Shown here piece after piece: positions 1-7,409 of a stretch of DNA of 35,472 bases (the stretch's first letter is position 1; each line of letters begins with the position of its first letter). Location of the stretch: the IMG/VR virus record IMGVR_UViG_3300028008_000050; one strand, given 5' to 3'. Under the pieces are notes generated by a model. The model made no database searches. It saw only the letters and a list, made by a program, of their open reading frames with translations, and was not told the origin of the DNA. Made by a program: the position numbers and the translations under genes. This stretch comes from a virus.

Positions 1-1
1 T

Positions 2-223
2 GCTAGTAGTGTTCGTGCTTATATTACACACGGAGTATTAAGTAACGAAGCATGTCAAAAGGTTGAGAAGTCAGTACTAGATGAATTAGTAGTTACTGAT
101 ACTATTCCTAATCGTTGTCCTAAGAACTGTAAGAAAACTAGACAAGTAAGTGTTAGTAACCTATTTGGCGAAGCAATACGCAGAGTTACTAATGAAGAAT
201 CAGTAAGTAGTCTGTTTGTATAA
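2..223 (+). CDS. prs: Ribose-phosphate pyrophosphokinase, C-terminal fragment (5' truncated by window edge)
   Basis: Manual translation ASSVRAYITHGVLSNEACQKVEKSVLDELVVTDTIP...VSVSNLFGEAIRRVTNEESVSSLFV* matches the Prs C-terminus (DEVVVCDTIP ... AEAIRRISNEESISAMF). Confidence 0.88.
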   Translation, partial: ASSVRAYITHGVLSNEACQKVEKSVLDELVVTDTIPNRCPKNCKKTRQVSVSNLFGEAIRRVTNEESVSSLFV

Positions 224-447
224 TGAATTGGGAAGTACAAGATTTTAGACCAAAGAAACCAGTACCAAGTTGGGCTGAATGGATTTGGCCAAGAGACATG
301 GCTATGTTTATCCTATGGCGATTATTCTTTTGGACTGTAATAATTCCTTTTGTTTTATTTGGTGCAGTACTAACTCCATTAGGACTCTTAATACAAATTC
401 TCGTAATAGATTACTTTACATATCTTCAGTGGAAGAACCAACAGTAA
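223..447 (+). CDS. Small membrane protein
   Basis: ORF starts in the taATG overlap with the prs stop; hydrophobic helices FILWRLFFWTVIIPFVLFGAVLTPLGLLIQILVIDYF. Confidence 0.6.
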   Translation: MNWEVQDFRPKKPVPSWAEWIWPRDMAMFILWRLFFWTVIIPFVLFGAVLTPLGLLIQILVIDYFTYLQWKNQQ

Positions 448-483
448 TAAATACATACACAGCATAGCAAAGGAGACAATGAT

Positions 484-993
484 TTGTCTGACGTACTTGT
501 ACTTAATGCAGACGCACAACCATTATCATATCTACCCCTATCAGCAATTCAATGGAAAGAAGCAATAACCTATCTGTGGATGGATAAGGTTACAGTATTA
601 GATTGGTATGATGATTGGATTGTAAGTTCTCCTACTTGGGAAACTCGTGTACCGGCTGTGATCATGCTAAAGCAACAACAACGTAAACGGCGGAAGCCTC
701 GCTTCTCTAAAGTAAACTTATACATTCGTGACTTATACACTTGCCAATACTGCGACATACAATTAATTAAAAAAGAACTTACCCTTGATCATGTTATACC
801 TTTGAGTAAAGGTGGACGTACATCTTGGGAAAACATTGTGGCGGCTTGTATGCCTTGTAACACTCGTAAGGGTAACAAAACTGCAATGAAACCTAAACGT
901 GAACCATATGCTCCAGACTATTACGATCTAGTTAACAAGCGTAAACAAATGGATCTAAAGATCAAACACCCTTCCTGGACCAACTACATATAA
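484..993 (+). CDS. HNH endonuclease family protein
   Basis: CQYC...LTLDHVIPLSKGGRTSWENIVAACMPCNTRKGNKT is a canonical HNH motif with flanking CxxC pairs; TTG start after aaaggag. Confidence 0.88.
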   Translation: MSDVLVLNADAQPLSYLPLSAIQWKEAITYLWMDKVTVLDWYDDWIVSSPTWETRVPAVIMLKQQQRKRRKPRFSKVNLYIRDLYTCQYCDIQLIKKELTLDHVIPLSKGGRTSWENIVAACMPCNTRKGNKTAMKPKREPYAPDYYDLVNKRKQMDLKIKHPSWTNYI

Positions 994-1073
994 TAGTAGT
1001 ATTTAATTATACAACTTAAAGCCATTAAATAAGAGTGTAAATATATTTACACCTAACATGAGAGGGCTCTAGG

Positions 1074-1217
1074 ATGGATTTTCGTTTTACATTGATACTT
1101 CTATTTGCTCTTGCCATGTTAGCATTATTTGTCAAGCCAGGACATGTCCCCCAAGAAAAAATTTATGATCCAGACGAAAAGGCTTGGAACGAAGTTGACG
1201 AAATAATAAACAAATAA
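1074..1217 (+). CDS. Small single-TM protein (47 aa), hypothetical
   Basis: Manual ORF MDFRFTLILLFALAMLALFVKPGHVPQEKIYDPDEKAWNEVDEIINK*; ends just before a strong terminator. Confidence 0.5.
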   Translation: MDFRFTLILLFALAMLALFVKPGHVPQEKIYDPDEKAWNEVDEIINK

Positions 1218-1227
1218 GAATGCCCCC

Positions 1228-1283
1228 GAACACTTCCGAGTGTTCAGAAAACCCTCTATAATGATGTAGAGGGTTTTCTTTTT
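1228..1283 (+). terminator. Double hairpin terminator
   Basis: gaacact-tccg-agtgttc (1228-1245), then agaaaaccctcta/tagagggttttct (1246-1258/1267-1279), 13 bp perfect, followed by a T-run. Confidence 0.85.
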
Positions 1284-1292
1284 GTTTCACTC

Positions 1293-1321
1293 TTGACTTT
1301 TGCTAAAACCTGTGCTATAAA
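1293..1321 (+). promoter_or_regulatory. Sigma70-like promoter TTGACT-17-TATAAA
   Basis: ttgact 1293-1298, 17-nt spacer, tataaa 1316-1321, upstream of the 1443 gene and just after the terminator. Confidence 0.7.
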
Positions 1322-1442
1322 TAAAACTGTTTGTATAATTGTTCGAATTATGCAAAGCATGGAAGTTGGGCAACGTTGAGCCCAATCTCTTTTAACTTGT
1401 GAGCGATGTGGTAAAAGCATCAAGCAGATAGGAGAAATAATA

Positions 1443-2402
1443 ATGGACGCACTCACCCTATGGATGGCAATCGGATTTCTTTTCGCGGCCTATTCAGTAA
1501 TAGCAAATGATTCAGTACAAACACTAGGTACATGGATCGCAAGTAATAACGATAAATTCAATTGGAAAATTATGTGGGGGTGTGCAAGTGCAGTTCTCCT
1601 TTATACATTGTGGTACGGTTGGACAGTAAATGGTGGAGACATCAGTTACGGTAGACTTAACAAGATACCGTTCCAAGAAATACAATGGTACCATGCGGCG
1701 GCACCAGGACTACTATTAATACTAACAAGAATTGGCGTACCAGTGAGTACGTCATTTTTAGTTTTAAGTGCCTTTGCAAGTACATTTGTATTAGAGAAGA
1801 TGCTCGTAAAGAGTATGATGGGATATGCAGTCGCGGCTGTGGCGGCATATTGTATTTGGATAGTGGTTACTAAACTACTAGATGAAGCAAAGCCTGTTAA
1901 AGAAGAACATAAGAAAGCATGGCGTGTAGCACAATGGGTAACAACAGGCTTCCTGTGGTTTACTTGGCTCAGTCATGACATGGCAAACATTGCCGTGTTC
2001 CTACCTAGAGAGATACCTTGGGACTTAATGGTTATTATCTCACTTGTATTTGTAGGCGGACTTGCTTATATGTTTAAAGAAGGCGGAGGTAAGATACAAA
2101 AGATTGTTATTGAAAAGCACAATACAAGATATGTTCGTAGTGCTACTATCATTGACGGTGTGTATTGGTTGATCCTTTGGTTCTTCAAAGAGTATAACGA
2201 TATACCTATGTCGACAACTTGGGTGTTCGTTGGACTATTATGTGGACGTGAACTTGCTATGGCAACTATGACAGGCAAGGAAAAGTTCAAGACAGTATTT
2301 CCACTTGTAACTAAAGACTTCATTAAGATGATGATTGGCTTGGGTGCTTCTGTGGGAGTAGTGTTAATGATACACTATGTTATCGTACCAAACGGATATT
2401 AA
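1443..2402 (+). CDS. Multi-pass membrane protein, PiT/PHO-4-like phosphate permease homologue
   Basis: AAYSVIANDSVQTLGTWIASNN resembles the PiT 'IGANDVANAMGT' repeat; GVPVSTSFLVLSAF resembles 'PVSTTHAI.G'; WLSHDMANIAVFLP resembles the second-repeat 'HGANDVANAIGP'; about 9 hydrophobic segments. Confidence 0.65.
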   Translation: MDALTLWMAIGFLFAAYSVIANDSVQTLGTWIASNNDKFNWKIMWGCASAVLLYTLWYGWTVNGGDISYGRLNKIPFQEIQWYHAAAPGLLLILTRIGVPVSTSFLVLSAFASTFVLEKMLVKSMMGYAVAAVAAYCIWIVVTKLLDEAKPVKEEHKKAWRVAQWVTTGFLWFTWLSHDMANIAVFLPREIPWDLMVIISLVFVGGLAYMFKEGGGKIQKIVIEKHNTRYVRSATIIDGVYWLILWFFKEYNDIPMSTTWVFVGLLCGRELAMATMTGKEKFKTVFPLVTKDFIKMMIGLGASVGVVLMIHYVIVPNGY

Positions 2403-2770
2403 AGTTTAATTTCTGTTAAACCATTTTCCCTATCAAGGTATTTAAAATCTATCTTGGTAGGGTTATATTTTTGCAACCAATCAAATACTATATTAGGATC
2501 AAATACTCCGCAAGTATATACATCAAGTTGTATCATAGCAGGATCTGTTTCATCCCATGTGTGTATTATAACATGACTAGTTTCTATAATAGTAGCAACA
2601 GTCAACCCTCTATTACCTTTCATATTACAATATTTGGCATATGGTCCCATTAGGATCTTCATACCTATTGCTTCTATCAAGGCTTTTACATCATTACTTG
2701 TAAGGGTTTCATCTGTTGGCGGATTAGTAACTTCCGCTCGAATTATCACATGTTTGTGAACTAACTGCAT
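2399..2770 (-). CDS. S-adenosylmethionine decarboxylase (SpeD)-like pyruvoyl enzyme
   Basis: IIETSHVIIHTWDETDPAMIQLDVYTCG matches SpeD 'ISESHLSIHTYPE...ALDVFTCG', including the pyruvoyl-forming Ser and following His. Confidence 0.8.
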   Translation of the reverse strand: MQLVHKHVIIRAEVTNPPTDETLTSNDVKALIEAIGMKILMGPYAKYCNMKGNRGLTVATIIETSHVIIHTWDETDPAMIQLDVYTCGVFDPNIVFDWLQKYNPTKIDFKYLDRENGLTEIKL

Positions 2771-2832
2771 TTATGTCAGAGTTATTTATAACAAAGTTCT
2801 AATAAATACTCATATTACTGAGAGGGAAAACG

Positions 2833-3627
2833 ATGATACCAGAACAAGGGATTATGACTATGAACTTCAAGCAAAGAAGTTTATTGTTTGCAAAAATAAG
2901 CCAAATTGCTTACTTAAATAAAGCCAATGCTACAAAGCAGGCTAAAAAAATAGGTTTTACAACTGTAGAGTACTACGATGTAAAAGGAGCTCAATCTTAC
3001 CGTTTTATGAATAAACGTGATTTAGTTATAGCTTGTAGGGGAACAGAGCCAACACAATATGCTGATATTAAAGCTGATGCCAATGCATTGCCAGTTATAG
3101 CAGAAACAGTTAGTAGAGTACACAAAGGATTCAAAGGGCAAGTAGACGAGCTATGGCCAGCTATTAGAGAAGACTTAACTCGTACACAAAATAAAAATAA
3201 AGATGTGTGGTTTACAGGACACAGTTTAGGAGCGGCAATGGCAACTATTATGGCTAGTCGTTGTATGTTCTTTGAGCTAGTACCTAACCCAGAAGAACTT
3301 TACACATACGGATCACCAAGAGTAGGTTGGAAAGGTTACGTTGATAGTTTAGGCATTACCCATCATCGTTGGAAGAACAATAACGATATAGTAACAACTG
3401 TTCCTCTTGCAATTATGGGTTTCAAACATCACGGAACTATGCACTACCTAAACAGTTATGGAAATGTACGTAGACCTACTGGTTGGCAAATGATTAAAGA
3501 TAGATTACGTGGCATGTGGACAGGAATCAAAAAAGGAAAAATAGATAACTTTTCAGATCATTTGATTCATAACTACATTGAACATTTACAAAACTACAAA
3601 GACGGAAAAGAAAACCCACAAAAATAA
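2833..3627 (+). CDS. Lipase class 3 (alpha/beta hydrolase)
   Basis: GHSLGAAMATIMASR (GxSxG nucleophile elbow), LYTYGSPRVG, and THRWKNNNDIVTTVP are typical of the lipase_3 family; gagagg SD. Confidence 0.85.
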   Translation: MIPEQGIMTMNFKQRSLLFAKISQIAYLNKANATKQAKKIGFTTVEYYDVKGAQSYRFMNKRDLVIACRGTEPTQYADIKADANALPVIAETVSRVHKGFKGQVDELWPAIREDLTRTQNKNKDVWFTGHSLGAAMATIMASRCMFFELVPNPEELYTYGSPRVGWKGYVDSLGITHHRWKNNNDIVTTVPLAIMGFKHHGTMHYLNSYGNVRRPTGWQMIKDRLRGMWTGIKKGKIDNFSDHLIHNYIEHLQNYKDGKENPQK

Positions 3628-3630
3628 AAT

Positions 3631-3819
3631 ATGACTCGTAAAACAAATACCATGTTGATAGGCCTACTTGGTACTATACTTCTAGGCTTAGCTTCATGGA
3701 CATTGATTACATTGATGGAGTTACAGATACTAGTTAGTATGATTGAACAAGACCTAATAAGTATTGACAAACAGTTTGGTCGTGTGTACAACTTTATAGA
3801 TAGTGTTAGACAACGTTAA
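3631..3819 (+). CDS. Small membrane-anchored protein
   Basis: MTRKTNTMLIGLLGTILLGLASWTLITLMEL...; abuts the lipase stop. Confidence 0.55.
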   Translation: MTRKTNTMLIGLLGTILLGLASWTLITLMELQILVSMIEQDLISIDKQFGRVYNFIDSVRQR

Positions 3820-3821
3820 GT

Positions 3822-3895
3822 TGGCATAGGTGGAGGGAATCGAACCCCCATTAACTGGTTTGGAATCAGTTGTGTTACCATTACACCACACCCAT
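3822..3895 (-). tRNA. tRNA-Trp (anticodon CCA)
   Basis: Reverse complement folds as a cloverleaf: acceptor atgggtg/cacctat, loop ttCCAaa, T-loop ttcgatt, G73 and encoded CCA. Anticodon stem has one A-C mismatch. Confidence 0.88.
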
Positions 3896-3932
3896 AAAAA
3901 AAGCCCCTAATAAAATTAATTACTAGGGGCTT
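3896..3932 (-). terminator. Rho-independent terminator on the minus strand, ending directly at the tRNA-Trp 5' end
   Basis: On the minus strand: aagcccctagtaattaattttattaggggcttttttt; about 9-bp stem then a T-run at 3902-3896. Confidence 0.7.
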
Positions 3933-4050
3933 CGCAATATAACTTTTTTTAGAAAGTCACATCAAGACATACCCCTCAAGGGCCAACATAATTGTGTTCT
4001 GATAGTCTTTGACATGTTTGAAATTTTCCTGTGTTCTTAGTTATACATAT

Positions 4051-4079
4051 AATATAACATCTGTATTTAGTGTTGTCAA
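4051..4079 (-). promoter_or_regulatory. Sigma70-like promoter, minus strand, TTGACA-17-TATATT
   Basis: tgtcaa 4074-4079 (rc TTGACA), aatata 4051-4056 (rc TATATT), exact 17-nt spacer. Confidence 0.7.
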
Positions 4080-4456
4080 CCTTTTATTTTAGATTTATAA
4101 TCTTTTATTGCAGATTTAATTGCATCTTCGGCTAGAACTGAACAATGTATTTTAACTGGCGGTAATGCAAGTTCTTCTACAATGTCCATATTCTTTACTG
4201 CTGATGCTTCGTCTAGTGTCATACCTTTAACCATCTCAGTTACTAAACTTGAACTTGCTATTGCACTACCGCAACCATAAGTTTTAAATTTAGCATCTGT
4301 TATTATACCTTCTTCAACTTCTATCTGTAGACGCATAACATCACCACATGCTGGTGCACCTACCATTCCTGTTCCTATATTATCTTTCTTTGGATCAAAT
4401 GTTCCGACGTTGCGTGGGTTTTCGTAATGGTCAAGTACCTTTTCAGAGTATGCCAT
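4076..4456 (-). CDS. iscU: Fe-S cluster scaffold protein, IscU/NifU N-terminal type
   Basis: VLDHYENPRNVGTF...VGAPACGDVMRLQI...FKTYGCGSAIASSSLVTEMV...PPVKIHCSVLAEDAI; all three scaffold Cys (ACGD, YGCGSAIASSS, KIHCSVLAEDA) present. Confidence 0.95.
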   Translation of the reverse strand: MAYSEKVLDHYENPRNVGTFDPKKDNIGTGMVGAPACGDVMRLQIEVEEGIITDAKFKTYGCGSAIASSSLVTEMVKGMTLDEASAVKNMDIVEELALPPVKIHCSVLAEDAIKSAIKDYKSKIKG

Positions 4457-4499
4457 ATTAGCCTCGTGTAGTTATACTACATCTATTTATAACTTATAT

Positions 4500-4599
4500 T
4501 GGCTCTGGGGGAAGGACTCGAACCTCCACGATAAATAATTTGCCGTCATTTACCACACGAGAAACAATCGTGCGTGTCTACCAATTTCACCACCCCAGA
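4500..4599 (-). tRNA. Class II (long variable arm) tRNA with apparent anticodon GUU (Asn)
   Basis: rc: tctgggg-tg-gtgaaattggtagacac-g-cacga-ttGTTtc-tcgtg-long arm (ggtaaat/atttatc)-ggagg-ttcgagt-ccttc-ccccaga-G-CCA. Perfect 7-bp acceptor stem and encoded CCA. Confidence 0.75.
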
Positions 4600-4605
4600 T
4601 TATTC

Positions 4606-5436
4606 TTATACTTTGTTAATCTTTTCTAGTGCAGGAATCATACGTGTTATACCTATGCCTCCGCCTACTCTTTGAAAGAAGTCAAACTCTAAGAACTTTT
4701 CTAGTTCCGCTTCAACTCTTTCCTTACCGAATAGTTTGAATAGTAACTCTGAATAAGCACCGTCTGTAATACTATGGAATGTATCACGCATCATATCAAC
4801 ATCACATGAGCGTTCTGCTGATCCAATAGTTTCCATACCACCTAGTATAACGTCCATCTTCTTTGCAGTATTTCCGTCATCGTTTCTAGCCATGTTCCAG
4901 AAAGGTGATGTTAGTTCAGGGAAGTTTGTAATAAGTGTTTGACCAAACTCTTTTTCCATTGCAAGTTCGTGTTCTGCTTCCATTTCTGTATCAGCACTTA
5001 GTCCAAAGTGTTGTTGCCATTCAGCATAAGTCTTTTCTGTAATGTTGCCAAAGCCTAAGTATTCACATAGTTCATACTCCATTGCTTTTAGATCATCTAC
5101 ATTACCTGGCATTTCAAATTCAAACATTGGAAATATTATATCATGTCTGCCTGGTATTGCGTTTGGTTCCTGTCTATAGGAAGTGGAGACACAAAAAAAC
5201 CCCTTACTATCGGGGCTACTTAATAATTCATGTTCTAACCACATCTGGCCTGTTTGCGGCAATGGCCAAACCTGGCCTGCGTAATTGTATGTTGCTACAT
5301 TGAATGGATCTTCACATGCGGCAAGTATGCTTAGTCTGTTTTGGGTATGGACTTCTAAAAATCCTTTATCCAAAAAAAATGACCTTAAAAGGCCAACTGT
5401 CTTCGTAAATTTATTTGGGGATATCAACTGCGTCAT
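4606..5436 (-). CDS. Stand-alone class II aminoacyl-tRNA synthetase-like catalytic domain (AsnRS/AspRS/AsnA-like)
   Basis: Motif 2-like FFCVSTSYRQEPNAIPGRHDIIFPMFEFEM and motif 3-like VGGGIGITRM; about 276 aa with no anticodon-binding domain. Start chosen at MTQLISPNK, preceded by aagga; the listed ORF extends to 5481. Confidence 0.82.
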   Translation of the reverse strand: MTQLISPNKFTKTVGLLRSFFLDKGFLEVHTQNRLSILAACEDPFNVATYNYAGQVWPLPQTGQMWLEHELLSSPDSKGFFCVSTSYRQEPNAIPGRHDIIFPMFEFEMPGNVDDLKAMEYELCEYLGFGNITEKTYAEWQQHFGLSADTEMEAEHELAMEKEFGQTLITNFPELTSPFWNMARNDDGNTAKKMDVILGGMETIGSAERSCDVDMMRDTFHSITDGAYSELLFKLFGKERVEAELEKFLEFDFFQRVGGGIGITRMIPALEKINKV

Positions 5437-5490
5437 TTTCTTTTTTTCCTTTTCATTAGTCAAAAAAAATTTGCTCAACAAGTGCCGAGC

Positions 5491-5661
5491 TTAATTTTCC
5501 TTCTCATTATTTATCCTCGCGACTCCTGTTTTGCCGCAATGCGGACAATGGAAAGTGTAACGTTCAATACGTAACTTTTCTTCCATTGTCGCATAGGTGA
5601 ACCAGTTAGAACAACTAGTGCAAGTTAAATGCCATATGATCTCTTTAACAGCATTAAACAT
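5491..5661 (-). CDS. Small zinc-ribbon protein (56 aa)
   Basis: Manual minus-strand ORF MFNAVKEIIWHLTCTSCSNWFTYATMEEKLRIERYTFHCPHCGKTGVARINNEKEN*, two CxxC knuckles. Confidence 0.7.
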   Translation of the reverse strand: MFNAVKEIIWHLTCTSCSNWFTYATMEEKLRIERYTFHCPHCGKTGVARINNEKEN

Positions 5662-5823
5662 CTAATCTTGTAATCCTATACAAGGAATAAGAATAGATTG
5701 CTTACAGTTATCTGGATAAGCAATAGCTGAACCAAGTATAGGCATACCTACCATACCAATAATGATAATCAAGAACGCCCATCCTAGTCCTTTTAGTGTG
5801 CAATAATTAGTTTGCTCACTCAT
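5662..5823 (-). CDS. Small single-TM protein
   Basis: MSEQTNYCTLKGLGWAFLIIIIGMVGMPILGSAIAYPDNCKQSILIPCIGLQD; translation start chosen at the internal Met. Confidence 0.5.
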   Translation of the reverse strand: MSEQTNYCTLKGLGWAFLIIIIGMVGMPILGSAIAYPDNCKQSILIPCIGLQD

Positions 5824-6109
5824 GTTCGCCACCTGCTCCGCGACCAAAGCCGCCAAAGTACTCTGGCTTACGTTTTGCAGTTTCAAATGTTGCAACAGTG
5901 ACCGCTATGGCACCAAGTAATAATGTGTGTAGTACCATACTGAACACACCCATGTACATGCTACCTACAATGATACCAAATACTGTACACCACATCCATG
6001 CAAGAACTTGCATAATCATATGTCGTGTACTAAAGTCTGGAATAACACTTAACGGATTCTTTTCATGATCCATTACTACATTCCAACTGTCGTATACCCA
6101 TTTCCTCAT
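5816..6109 (-). CDS. Small multi-TM membrane protein
   Basis: MRKWVYDSWNVVMDHEKNP...MQVLAWMWCTVFGIIVGSMYMGVFSMVLHTLLLGAIAVTVATFE; SD aaggaga just upstream of this Met. Confidence 0.6.
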   Translation of the reverse strand: MRKWVYDSWNVVMDHEKNPLSVIPDFSTRHMIMQVLAWMWCTVFGIIVGSMYMGVFSMVLHTLLLGAIAVTVATFETAKRKPEYFGGFGRGAGGEHE

Positions 6110-6142
6110 AAGAGTCTCCTTTTGCTTGTCTATACGTACGAC

Positions 6143-6171
6143 TAATGTAACATAGGAATTGACGGTTGTCA
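6143..6171 (-). promoter_or_regulatory. Sigma70-like promoter, minus strand, TTGACA-17-TACATT
   Basis: rc reads ggTTGACAaccgtcaattcctatgtTACATTag, between tRNA-Thr and the 6109 gene. Confidence 0.6.
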
Positions 6172-6180
6172 ACCTAAAAG

Positions 6181-6256
6181 TGGTGCCGGCACACGGACTC
6201 GAACCGCGGACCTACTGATTACAAATCAGTTGCTCTACCAACTGAGCTATGCCGGC
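6181..6256 (-). tRNA. tRNA-Thr (anticodon UGU)
   Basis: rc: gccggcatagctcagttggtagagcaactgattTGTaatcagtaggtccgcggttcgagtccgtgtgccggcacca; complete cloverleaf with encoded CCA. Confidence 0.96.
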
Positions 6257-6258
6257 CT

Positions 6259-6332
6259 TGGAGCGGGTGAGGAGAATCGAACTCCTATCATTAGCTTGGA
6301 AGGCTAAGGTCTTACCATTACACAACACCCGC
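6259..6332 (-). tRNA. tRNA-Gly (anticodon UCC)
   Basis: rc: gcgggtgttgtgtaatggtaagaccttagcctTCCaagctaatgataggagttcgattctcctcacccgctcca; complete cloverleaf with encoded CCA. Confidence 0.95.
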
Positions 6333-6351
6333 TCATGTGTTTAATATACAT

Positions 6352-6380
6352 ACTATATAGCATGTGTTCGGCTTAGTCAA
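6352..6380 (-). promoter_or_regulatory. Sigma70-like promoter for the tRNA-Gly/Thr unit, TTGACT-17-TATAGT
   Basis: rc TTGACT 6380-6375, 17-nt spacer, TATAGT 6357-6352. Confidence 0.65.
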
Positions 6381-6439
6381 TCTCTTTATGAACAAGTTTG
6401 TTTATTTCTTTACTAAATACAACATAGGAACTGGATAAT

Positions 6440-6715
6440 ATGAGAAAACGTACAAGATCAATACTAGAAGAACTTAGTAGCTTTAGACAAACTACAGACA
6501 ATGAAGCACTCGTACAAACTACGGGTAATAACCTTATTGAAAGTTCTATTAACTTACTTAATCGCATTGCAGAACAATACGATGCTGAAACTGCTTCGGA
6601 CTTAGAAAGACGATTCATTAACAGTATACGTAGTGGCGACCCTCGCAAGTTCAAACGTGGTGTAGATAAAATTGTTGAATCACGCAACAAAAAGGATACA
6701 AACAATGATTCTTAA
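6440..6715 (+). CDS. Hypothetical protein
   Basis: MRKRTRSILEELSSFRQTTDNEALVQTTGNNLIESSINLLNRIAEQYDAE...; overlaps the start of the next gene, consistent with an operon. Confidence 0.7.
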   Translation: MRKRTRSILEELSSFRQTTDNEALVQTTGNNLIESSINLLNRIAEQYDAETASDLERRFINSIRSGDPRKFKRGVDKIVESRNKKDTNNDS

Positions 6716-7409
6716 TGAAGGCGGAAACATATTCAAAGATCCAGAGACTAAAGAACCTGTAACACAGCGTATCAATCAAGCTGACGTTGATCCTACACTT
6801 GCATGGTTAGAAAAGATTACAGGACTACCACATAAAGATTTTAAATTAGGTAGCACAGGAATTAGAAGTACAAGTGGCGATATGGATATTGCTGTTAACC
6901 AAGATGAAGTTACCAAAGATGAAATGGTTGCTAAACTTGCGGCATGGGTACAAAAGAATCACCCAGGAGACGATCTTAAAAAATGGATTAGAAAAAGTGG
7001 CATCAACGTACACTTCCTAACTCCAATCAATGGCAACCCTGAAGAAGGCTATGTACAAACAGATTTAATGTTTGGTGAGCCTGAGTTCATGAAGTTCGCA
7101 CTCAAAGGCAGTGGCGACAACACACCATACAAAGGACAACATAGAATGATCCTTATTAGCAGTATTGCTAAAGCACAAGGATACAAGTTTAGTAGTGGAG
7201 CAGGATTAGTAGATAGAATTACAAATCAAACTATATCTAAAAACCCAGATGAGATTGCAAAAACATTAATGGGCGATACTGCTACAGCAAAAGATATGGA
7301 TAGTGTTGAAACAATCATTGCAAAAATTAAAACAGACCCTAACTACGAAAACTTAGTTAAAGACGCTAGAGACAACTTCGAAAAGAACGGACTAGAGTTA
7401 CCCAAATGA
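6705..7409 (+). CDS. Pol-beta superfamily nucleotidyltransferase-like protein
   Basis: LGSTGIRSTSGDMDIAVN gives the GS-x9-DxD signature; GYVQTDLMFG may carry the third acidic residue. Start chosen at MILNEGG. Confidence 0.65.
   Translation: MILNEGGNIFKDPETKEPVTQRINQADVDPTLAWLEKITGLPHKDFKLGSTGIRSTSGDMDIAVNQDEVTKDEMVAKLAAWVQKNHPGDDLKKWIRKSGINVHFLTPINGNPEEGYVQTDLMFGEPEFMKFALKGSGDNTPYKGQHRMILISSIAKAQGYKFSSGAGLVDRITNQTISKNPDEIAKTLMGDTATAKDMDSVETIIAKIKTDPNYENLVKDARDNFEKNGLELPK

Noticed and set aside
484-993. HNH gene considered as a homing endonuclease of an intron or intein
   Set aside because: It is a free-standing ORF with no split flanking gene; no intron boundaries visible.
6373-6705. 110-aa minus-strand ORF opposite 6440-6715
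   Set aside because: Low-complexity Ser/Leu-rich antisense product; the plus-strand ORF fits the operon and overlaps its neighbour normally.
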